Assembly: GCA_041649575.1 (NCBI GenBank)
Contig: JBAZMW010000001.1
Coordinates: 210,001 to 242,000, forward strand
DNA: 32,000 bases
Source: Patescibacteria group bacterium
Lineage (GTDB): Bacteria; Patescibacteriota; Patescibacteriia; 2-01-FULL-39-33
Direction: 5' to 3'
The notes beneath the pieces are model-generated. The model saw only the letters and a list, made by a program, of their open reading frames with translations, was not told the DNA's origin and did no database searches. The position numbers and the translations under genes were made by a program. Of the stretch, positions 24,968 to 32,000 are shown piece by piece. Every line of letters begins with the position of its first letter. The first letter of the stretch is position 1.

Positions 24968-26740
24968 ATGAATAACAATATACGCAACTTCTGTATTATT
25001 GCCCACATCGACCACGGTAAGTCCACTTTGGCCGACCGAATGCTAGAAATTACCGGCACAGTCAGTAAACGCGAGATGAAAGACCAGCTGTTGGATCAAA
25101 TGGATATTGAGCGAGAAAGAGGAATTACTATTAAACTCCAACCGGTGCGGATGAATTATCAGGGTTATGAGCTTAATTTAATTGACACGCCGGGTCATGT
25201 GGATTTTACTTACGAAGTTTCGCGCAGTCTAATGGCTGTGGAAGGAGCTTTGCTTTTGGTTGATGCCACTCAAGGGGTGCAGGCGCAAACCCTGGCTAAT
25301 TTGTATTTGGCCCTGGAGTATGATTTAAAAATTATACCCGTGATTAATAAAATCGATTTGCCTAATGCGCAGGTGGAAAAGACAGTCGAAGAAATTATAA
25401 ATTTACTGGGCTGTTCACGAGAAGATATTTATAATACTTCCGGCAAAACCGGTCAAGGAGTGGAAGAAATAATCAAAGCCGTTATCAGCAAAGTGCCGGC
25501 GCCCAAAAAAGAAGAAAGCCGGCCGCTTAAATGCTTGATTTTTGATTCGGTTTATGACGAATATCGAGGGGCGATAGCTTATGTCAGAGTTTTTGAAGGT
25601 AAGATAAAAAATGGCGACAAGATAAAATTCGTTTCCAATGATTTGCCGATTGAGGCGCTGGAAGTCGGCCACTTCGCTCCCAAGCATATAAAGGATCAGG
25701 AGTTGGCTGCCGGCGAAATCGGTTATATCGTCACCGGGCTGCATGAGGTGGCGCAATGCAAGGTCGGCGATACCATCACTTTGGCGGCAGACGAGGTAGA
25801 GGCCCTGCCGGGATATAAAGAGGTCAAGCCGATGGTCTACGCCGGAGTTTTTTGCAAAGACGGCAGCGATTTTTCTCGCCTCAGAGAGGCGATAGAAAAA
25901 TTAAAACTCAATGACGCCGCCCTGGCTTATGAGCCGGAAAATTCGCAGGCCTTGGGTTTTGGTTTCCGTTGTGGCTTTTTGGGGTTGCTTCATCTGGAAA
26001 TATTTCAGGAGCGGCTGAAGCGGGAGTTTGGATTGGAACTGGTAGTGACTGTGCCAAGCGTGGCTTTCAAGGGTTACTTCAAAAATGGCAAAGAAGAAAT
26101 CGTTTATAATCCGGCCGCTTTTCCCGACCCAACTTTTATCGAGCAGGTGGAGGAGCCGATTATGAAAGTCGATATCTTCACTCCCAAGGATTATTTGGGG
26201 GGAGTAATGCAGCTGGCCGCGGAGAAAAGAGGAGTTTATTTAAACACCGAGTATCTGGATGAAGATTTGGCGGTGATACACTATCATCTGCCTTTAACGC
26301 AACTGATTGTTGATTTTTATGACAGGCTAAAATCAATTTCCTCCGGTTACGCCTCGCTTAATTATGATTTTTATGGTTATCAGAAAACCGAGGTGGTAAA
26401 AATGGATATTCTGGTGGCTGAAGAAAAAGTGGAGGCGCTTTCAATTATTACTTACCAAGACACCGCCTATCAGGTTGGCAAAAAAATCGTGGAGATTTTA
26501 AAAGATGTTTTGCCGCGCCAGCAGTTTGTGGTGAAAATTCAGGCGGCAGTGGGCGGCAAAGTCATTGCCGCTGAAAGGATCTCGGCCTTAAAAAAAGACG
26601 TGACAGCCAAGCTCTATGGCGGTGACTGGACGCGGCGGGCCAAATTACTTGAGAAGCAGAAAAAAGGCAAGAAAAAGATGATGAATTTGGGTAAAGTGGA
26701 TATTCCCACCGAAGCCTTCCTGGCGGTTTTAAAAAGGTAA
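24968..26740 (+). CDS. lepA: Elongation factor 4
   Basis: NFCIIAHIDHGKSTLADRMLE, DTPGHVDFTYEVSRSL, NKIDLP, AAVGGKVIAAERISALKKDVTAKLYGGDWTRRAKLLEKQKKGKKKM. Confidence 0.98.
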   Translation: MNNNIRNFCIIAHIDHGKSTLADRMLEITGTVSKREMKDQLLDQMDIERERGITIKLQPVRMNYQGYELNLIDTPGHVDFTYEVSRSLMAVEGALLLVDATQGVQAQTLANLYLALEYDLKIIPVINKIDLPNAQVEKTVEEIINLLGCSREDIYNTSGKTGQGVEEIIKAVISKVPAPKKEESRPLKCLIFDSVYDEYRGAIAYVRVFEGKIKNGDKIKFVSNDLPIEALEVGHFAPKHIKDQELAAGEIGYIVTGLHEVAQCKVGDTITLAADEVEALPGYKEVKPMVYAGVFCKDGSDFSRLREAIEKLKLNDAALAYEPENSQALGFGFRCGFLGLLHLEIFQERLKREFGLELVVTVPSVAFKGYFKNGKEEIVYNPAAFPDPTFIEQVEEPIMKVDIFTPKDYLGGVMQLAAEKRGVYLNTEYLDEDLAVIHYHLPLTQLIVDFYDRLKSISSGYASLNYDFYGYQKTEVVKMDILVAEEKVEALSIITYQDTAYQVGKKIVEILKDVLPRQQFVVKIQAAVGGKVIAAERISALKKDVTAKLYGGDWTRRAKLLEKQKKGKKKMMNLGKVDIPTEAFLAVLKR

Positions 26741-26780
26741 TGGTCGTTATTGTTTTATTAGTCTCTTAAAATGACCAAAA

Positions 26781-26808
26781 ATTCAAAAACCCCCGGATTA
26801 ACGGGGGT
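26781..26808 (-). terminator. Minus-strand terminator
   Basis: On the minus strand: CCCCCGTTAATCCGGGGGTTTTTGAATTTTT. Confidence 0.75.
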
Positions 26809-26833
26809 TGGGGCACGACTACTTAAGGGAAAA

Positions 26834-26938
26834 CTAATAGAACAGCGGCATAGCGGTGAAAAATAACATCGACAAAATCATTAAAAAAGCCACAATAATC
26901 CAAGCCACTCTCATTAATTGTTTCTTTTTCATTTTCAT
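26834..26938 (-). CDS. Putative 34-aa hydrophobic peptide
   Basis: MKMKKKQLMRVAWIIVAFLMILSMLFFTAMPLFY read directly from the sequence; perfect promoter 26945-26973 ending 6 nt before ATG; terminator at 26781-26808. Confidence 0.55.
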   Translation of the reverse strand: MKMKKKQLMRVAWIIVAFLMILSMLFFTAMPLFY

Positions 26939-26944
26939 ATTCAA

Positions 26945-26973
26945 ATTATAATTCTAATTTTTAAAAATGTCAA
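26945..26973 (-). promoter_or_regulatory. Consensus sigma70 promoter overlapping the recJ start
   Basis: On the minus strand: TTGACA, 17 bp, TATAAT. Confidence 0.7.
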
Positions 26974-28721
26974 AAAATTGGCAAGTAATACCTAAGGTCA
27001 CCAAAGATTTTATTGATAAATTTCCCGAGATCAATAATGTCGTTTTGCAGCTTTTGGCTAATCGCGGTTTAAGCAGTCAGGAAGATGTTGACAATTTTTT
27101 GTTTCCCAATTACGAAGAGCAGGCCTTGGATCCGTTTTTGTTCAAGGATATGCCTAAAGCGGTGGAACGGGTCTTGCTGGCCTGGCAAAAAAAACAAAAA
27201 GTGATGATCTTTGGCGATTACGACGCCGACGGGGTTTGTTCGACGGTGCTGCTTTTTTTGACTCTGAAAGCCCTGGGACTGGAAGTGGAGACCTATATTC
27301 CGTTTCGAGAAGGAGAGGGCTATGGATTGAATACTAAAGTTGTTCAGCAATTTATCGAGCAGGGTTATGAGCTTTTGATTACCGTCGATTGCGGCGTGTC
27401 TAATAAAAACGAGATAGAAATTCTAAACGACGGAAAAGTAGACGTTATTATTTTGGATCATCATGAGGAGCCGATTGAATTGCCGTCGGCGCTGGCGATT
27501 ATTAACCCGGCCTTAAAGACTAGCGGCTATCCAGAGATTGAGCTCTGCGGGGCGGGTGTGGCTTTCAAATTCGTGCAGGCGTTGATGAAAGAACAGGAGC
27601 GAACCAACAGCCCCATAAAATTGCCGACCGGCTTTGATAAATGGCTACTAGACTTGGTGGCCGTGGCTACCGTTGGCGATATGGTGCCGCTAATCAAGGA
27701 AAATAGAATTTTTGTCAAATATGGATTGACTGTTCTAGCCAAGACCAAAAATTTGGGATTGAAAAAATTGATGGAAACAATCAACAATAAAACGGGGAGA
27801 TATGATGCTGAATATCTGGGTTGGCGGGTGGTGCCAAGAATTAACGCGGCTGGAAGAATCAAACACGCTTCGGTGGCCTTTAATTTATTGACCAGCAGCA
27901 GCAAGGAAGAGGCGGCCAAGTGGGTGGAAATTTTAGAAAACAACAATACGCAACGACAGCAGATAACTGAAAAAATTCTAGAACAAGCCGTTTATCAAAT
28001 CGGCGAAGTTAAAGCCGAAGAAAAAATTTTATTTGCCTCTGGCGACGAGTGGTCGGCCGGGGTGGTGGGGCTGGTGGCTGGAAAAATTTGCGATCGCCAC
28101 TATCGTCCCACCTTGGTTTTTAGCCGTGAAAAGGAAGGAGAAAAAATAAAGTATGTCGGCTCGGGTAGGAGCATCGAGGAATTTGATATTACAGCCGGTC
28201 TCAAAGAATGCCATGAATTTTTGGCTCGTTATGGCGGTCATCCCCAGGCCTGCGGCTTGACGATTTTAGGCGAGGATAATTTTAATAATTTCAAACAAAG
28301 AATAACGGCTTTAGCGCAAAAACAATTGGCTGGTGTGGATTTAATGTCCAGATTAATAATCGAGGCCGAAGTGAAGTTGGCGGATATCAATTGGGAATTG
28401 GCTGACGAGCTGGAAAAGTTTGAGCCTTATGGCGAAGGCAATAGAAAACCGCTGCTAGCGGCTTTTGGTTTAAAGGTTGAAAGAGTTGATACTGTCGGGC
28501 AGGATGGCAAACATCTAAGGATGATGGTTAGCCAGGACGACCCGCAAACTCCAATTCGTCCCGATTGGAAAAAGTTGATCGGTTTTTCCTTCGGGGATTG
28601 GTGCGCCAAACTCAAAGTTGGAGAGGAGATTGATATTGTTTTTGAGTTGGGGGTTAATGAGTGGAACGGGAATAGGGAATTGCAATTAAAAATCATTGAC
28701 TTAAAATTGAGTGAAAAATAA
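26967..28721 (+). CDS. recJ: Single-stranded-DNA-specific exonuclease RecJ
   Basis: FGDYDADGVCSTVLLF, VDCGVSN, ILDHHE, GVAFKFVQAL, GRINAAGRIKHA, SGRSIEEFDI, GGHPQACGL. Confidence 0.95.
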   Translation: MSKNWQVIPKVTKDFIDKFPEINNVVLQLLANRGLSSQEDVDNFLFPNYEEQALDPFLFKDMPKAVERVLLAWQKKQKVMIFGDYDADGVCSTVLLFLTLKALGLEVETYIPFREGEGYGLNTKVVQQFIEQGYELLITVDCGVSNKNEIEILNDGKVDVIILDHHEEPIELPSALAIINPALKTSGYPEIELCGAGVAFKFVQALMKEQERTNSPIKLPTGFDKWLLDLVAVATVGDMVPLIKENRIFVKYGLTVLAKTKNLGLKKLMETINNKTGRYDAEYLGWRVVPRINAAGRIKHASVAFNLLTSSSKEEAAKWVEILENNNTQRQQITEKILEQAVYQIGEVKAEEKILFASGDEWSAGVVGLVAGKICDRHYRPTLVFSREKEGEKIKYVGSGRSIEEFDITAGLKECHEFLARYGGHPQACGLTILGEDNFNNFKQRITALAQKQLAGVDLMSRLIIEAEVKLADINWELADELEKFEPYGEGNRKPLLAAFGLKVERVDTVGQDGKHLRMMVSQDDPQTPIRPDWKKLIGFSFGDWCAKLKVGEEIDIVFELGVNEWNGNRELQLKIIDLKLSEK

Positions 28722-28750
28722 ACAAGGAGTGTCAATGTTGGCACTCCTTG
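28712..28750 (-). terminator. Minus-strand terminator
   Basis: On the minus strand: CAAGGAGTGCCAACATTGACACTCCTTGTTTATTTTT. Confidence 0.75.
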
Positions 28751-28793
28751 GTAAAGGACGGGTGGTATTCTGGCGTGGCGTTCTAGGCCCCCA

Positions 28794-29384
28794 TCAAGTT
28801 GCCGGCGGCAGCTTGATGGTGTAACTATTTAGAGCCGTGAGCAGTTCTTGAGGCGGGCCGTCGAAACCGATGGCTAGAATCTTTAGAACGAACGACTCTT
28901 TGTTTCGGAGCCACCAAGCATCTCCCGGGCTTAGCGGTTCTCTGGCGAAGTACTTGGCCAGGACGTCGATGCTCGCCTGAAGAGAAGAGAGCTCTTGAGG
29001 CAGGCCTTTCCTTGTCGGGTGGCCAGAGAGCTTGATCCGGCGGTCGTCCATAGTTATTCGCGCCTGGTAGTAGAGCTTGTCCCACAGACGGCTTGGCGTT
29101 TGGTAGTGAAATTTGCCCCACCAATAGCTGTTGTCGTCCGGCCGAATTTTTCTGGCAATCGGTAGCACTTTCGCCTGCTTGGTTCTTAGCCACCAGGCTT
29201 GTTCAGGGTACACAGCGTTGTCCTGAAAGTAGTAGTTTAGGATCTCGACCTTCCATTCGTATTGCGGGTCGGGTGGTGCCAGCGGGAAAAGCCGCGAGCC
29301 GGCCCAACCGCAAAGCACAACCTCGACAATCAGAAACAGCACCAGGGCATGACGATCCCTCATAGAAAGTTCAATTCCATTCAT
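28794..29384 (-). CDS. Orphan 196-aa single-pass protein with internal duplication
   Basis: GGGAGG upstream of ATG, N-terminal hydrophobic helix, promoter 29453-29482, terminator 28712-28750. Confidence 0.75.
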   Translation of the reverse strand: MNGIELSMRDRHALVLFLIVEVVLCGWAGSRLFPLAPPDPQYEWKVEILNYYFQDNAVYPEQAWWLRTKQAKVLPIARKIRPDDNSYWWGKFHYQTPSRLWDKLYYQARITMDDRRIKLSGHPTRKGLPQELSSLQASIDVLAKYFAREPLSPGDAWWLRNKESFVLKILAIGFDGPPQELLTALNSYTIKLPPAT

Positions 29385-29452
29385 GGTTCTCTCCCTCCCT
29401 CGCCAAGGCGCGGGTGATTGAAGTTAGAAGCGGTCGACCGTCGACCGTCCTT

Positions 29453-29482
29453 ATTTTACAGTCAAAATTCTTAATTTGTCAA
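29453..29482 (-). promoter_or_regulatory. Sigma70-like promoter
   Basis: On the minus strand: TTGACA, 18 bp, TAAAAT. Confidence 0.7.
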
Positions 29483-29542
29483 TTAAAATTATTAGTAAAA
29501 TATGGTATGATAAAAGAGACAAGGCGGTTAAAAAATCAACTT

Positions 29543-29947
29543 ATGTCCAAAAAAGCGATTCTCTATACGGATGGGGGAGCAAGAGGCAATCCGGGACCGG
29601 CCGGTATCGGCGGGGTTTTAAAGCTGGGGGAAAGAATTGAAAAATTCAAAAAATATATCGGTGAAGCGACCAATAACCAGGCGGAATACTGGGCTTTGAT
29701 TTTGGGTTTGGAAAAAGCCAAGGATTTGGGAGTGGAAGAACTCGATTGCTTTTTGGATTCGGAACTGGTGGTCAAACAATTAAATAAAGAATACAGGGTA
29801 AAAGACAAAGATTTGGCGCCGTTGTTTGTGAAGGTCTGGAATTTGTCTGTAAATTTTAAAAAAATAACTTTCAAACATATTTTTCGTGAACAAAATAAAT
29901 TGGCAGACAAATTGGTTAATGAGGCCATTGATGGCCGAGAAGATTAA
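29543..29947 (+). CDS. rnhA: Ribonuclease HI family protein
   Basis: ILYTDGGARGNPGPAGIGGVL, NNQAEYWALILGLEKA, FLDSELVVKQLN, REQNKLADKLVNEA. The ORF track opens upstream; ATG 29543 fits homology. Confidence 0.92.
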   Translation: MSKKAILYTDGGARGNPGPAGIGGVLKLGERIEKFKKYIGEATNNQAEYWALILGLEKAKDLGVEELDCFLDSELVVKQLNKEYRVKDKDLAPLFVKVWNLSVNFKKITFKHIFREQNKLADKLVNEAIDGRED

Positions 29948-29969
29948 AGCAAAAAATAATTTAAAAAAC

Positions 29970-30000
29970 AAAAACCCCGCTGTTGGCGGGGATTTTGTTA
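29970..30000. terminator. Bidirectional-type terminator shared by rnhA and rnpB
   Basis: CCCCGCTGTTGGCGGGG with AAAAAC/GTTTTTG on the rnpB side. Confidence 0.75.
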
Positions 30001-30399
30001 TCCAAACGGGCCTATAAGCCGAATTCTGTATCCCGATGAAAATCGGGATGATGATCATCTATCTGTTCTCGGCATTGCTGCCGGAATCAAGCTCCCTACT
30101 AAATTTGGGATTGCACCAGGTAGAGTTTACCACGGGCTCTCTGTCGCCAGAGGCCGAGTGACGTAGTTTTAATTTAAGGAGATATCTCTTGCTTAATTTA
30201 AAACATCATCACACTTTTCACCTTTCATCCCGCTAACAGCAGGATTAGTATTGTCTCTGTGGAACTGGTCCTCTTCGGCCGTCGCCAGCCGAAGGGTGGG
30301 CGTTACCCACTACCATGACATTGATCTTTTTAAGAATCAAAGAGTGTTCGGACTTTCCTCCCCGATAAAGTATCAGGGCAATCATCCAACCCGTTTGGA
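30001..30399 (-). ncRNA. rnpB: RNase P RNA, bacterial type A-like
   Basis: Minus strand carries GGAGGAAAGTCCGAACAC near the 5' end and GATAGATGAT...ACAGAATTCGGCTTATAGGCCCGTTTGG at the 3' end; P1 helix CCAAACGGG/CCCGTTTGG. Confidence 0.93.
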
Positions 30400-30407
30400 T
30401 AAACAGA

Positions 30408-30436
30408 ATGGTAGCAAATAATTTTATTTTTGTCAA
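30408..30436 (-). promoter_or_regulatory. rnpB promoter
   Basis: On the minus strand: TTGACA, 17 bp ending TGC, TACCAT. Confidence 0.75.
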
Positions 30437-30476
30437 TGGGCTTTCAAAAATACGATAACCTTGTTATTATTAGTTT

Positions 30477-30603
30477 ACTGGTGGGAGCGCCTACGCCCTG
30501 CCAGTTGAAATAGCCGCTAGTTGAGTTGGGCACGGGCTGGTTCATCGCCGACTCTTTAAGCTTTAGTAGTGATAAGCGAACGGGCTACTAGCGGCCCTTT
30601 TTT
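30477..30603 (+). ncRNA. Candidate structured RNA, unidentified
   Basis: Helices CTGG.GGG/CCC..CCAG, GAGTTGG/CCGACTC, GCTT/AAGC, closing GCCGCTAG/CTAGCGGC, then a T tract; weak promoter TTTCAA, 17 bp, TATTAT. Confidence 0.5.
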
Positions 30604-30655
30604 ATTTTTGACAAAATGGTTTTTTTATGATAGGCTCTTTTGTTAAAATTAATTT

Positions 30656-32000
30656 ATGAAACGTTCGGAAATCGCTATCTCGGCCAGCCTGGTGCCCATT
30701 GATTATCTGATGATTATCTTGGCTGGGATAGTCTCTTATTATATTCGTTTTTGGGAGCCGGTAAAAAACATTCGGCCGGTGGTTTTTAATCTGTCTTTCA
30801 ATGCCTTTTTAAGCTATTTGTTTTTAATCGCTTTCATTTGGCTGATCAGCTTCGCTTTGGCCGGATTGTATTCGATGCGAGGCACACGTCGGACTATCGA
30901 TGAGATTTCGAAAATAGTTCTGGGCTGCTCAACGGCAGTAATGATTTTGATGTTTGTCTTTTTTTTCAGTCGCAATCTTTTTGACTCCCGCTTTATTATC
31001 TTGGCCGGCTGGCTGTTTAGCATAATTTTTATTCTCATCGGTCGGGGGCTGGTGCGCACCGTTCAGCGTCGGCTCTATGGTTTTAATATCGGGACGCACC
31101 GTGTGATTATCATTGGCAAAGGAGCCGTAGCCGAGGAAGTGGCCAGTAATTTTAACAAAGACATAAAAGCGGGTTTTAAGGTGGTTGATCAGTTTGCGGA
31201 TTTCAGCGAGGTGGTGGAGAGCCAATTGCAACTAATGGTCAAAGACGATAAGTTTGATGAAATTTTGGTAGCTACGCCCAATCTTTCCCCGGAAACCCTA
31301 GAAAGAATTAATGATTTTTCTTATATAAATCATGTGGCCTTGAAGTATGTGGCCGATATTTTTGAATTTCCTATTAATAATTTTGAAATTAATAACATTT
31401 CCGGACTGCCAATAGTGGAAGTAAAAAAAACCAGCCTGGATGGCTGGGGCCGGATTTCCAAAAGAGTTTTTGATTTAATTATTTCAACCATAATTATTGT
31501 TGTCTTATCGCCAATATTTCTGCTAACGGCCTTAGCTATTAAGCTGGATTCGCGCGGTTCGGTGTTTTTTACCTATCGCCGTATCGGCGAGCAGGGCCGA
31601 GAGTTCAGTTATTTCAAGTTTCGTTCAATGATTAGTGATGCTCATAAATATCGTTTTGACGAAGAATTCCTGAAAGAGCACCAAAACTTGCGCGCTGGCA
31701 CGCCAATGATGAAATTCAAAGACGATCCGCGCATTACCCGAGTGGGAAAAGTCATCCGTCGTTTCAGTATTGACGAGTTGCCCGAGCTGTTTAATGTTTT
31801 TATTGGCAAGATGAGCCTGGTGGGGCCAAGGCCGCATGAGATAGAAGAAGTGGCTCGGTATCAGAATTATCACCGCAAGGTTCTGACTATCAAGCCGGGT
31901 ATGACTGGCATGGCCCAGGTCTCGGGCCGGAGCGATTTGAATTTTGACGAAGAAGTCCGGCTGGATGTTTGGTATATGGAAAATTGGAGCTTGAAACTGG
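30656..32000 (+). CDS. Polyprenyl-phosphate sugar transferase (WbaP/exopolysaccharide glycosylphosphotransferase type), truncated by window end
   Basis: Starts [31 protein letters not shown]; later [92 protein letters not shown]. Absent from the ORF track because it is open at the edge. Confidence 0.93.
   Translation, partial: [448 protein letters not shown]

Noticed and set aside
29414-29542. N-terminal extension of RNase HI
   Set aside because: Residues before MSKKAILYTDGG have no family similarity and cover promoter-like sequence (TTAAAA-17-TATGAT).
30477-30603. Assignment to SRP (4.5S) RNA or tmRNA
   Set aside because: Lacks the GGTCAGG...GGAAGG...AGCAGCC apical motif of SRP RNA and lacks the tRNA-like ends and tag ORF of tmRNA.

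Overview
The window looks like part of a small, AT-leaning bacterial genome of Patescibacteria/CPR character (inferred from gene content and style). Plus-strand housekeeping genes supported by protein motifs: beta-CASP metallo-hydrolase, SIMPL-domain protein, polysaccharide deacetylase, uvrB, uvrA, uvrC, Sua5/YrdC-family protein, PfkB-family kinase, pyruvate phosphate dikinase, ADP-forming acetate-CoA ligase, murJ, lepA, recJ, RNase HI, and a 3'-truncated sugar-transferase gene. RNA genes: tRNA-Ala(CGC), tRNA-Val(CAC) and minus-strand RNase P RNA. The most unusual signals are: (1) a tRNA-Ala that appears nested inside the anticodon loop of a degenerate tRNA-like sequence, with its leader and trailer base-paired to each other; (2) a 110-bp palindromic repeat inserted in frame in uvrA; (3) uvrB and uvrC that both appear to lack the UVR interaction motif, with uvrC also lacking the C-terminal HhH region; (4) a series of orphan minus-strand transcription units between the plus-strand genes, most with near-consensus promoters (TTGACA, about 17 bp, TATAAT, several with TGC before the -10), Shine-Dalgarno sites and terminators, encoding small orphan proteins and one structured RNA candidate; (5) a second structured RNA candidate at about 30477-30603; (6) two copies of a large hairpin element in opposite orientation; (7) promoter/start geometry suggesting leaderless mRNAs, one for an unannotated 34-aa hydrophobic peptide. 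No CRISPR array, integrase, transposase or recognisable defence operon was seen. All calls come from reading the sequence; no database search or folding software was used.
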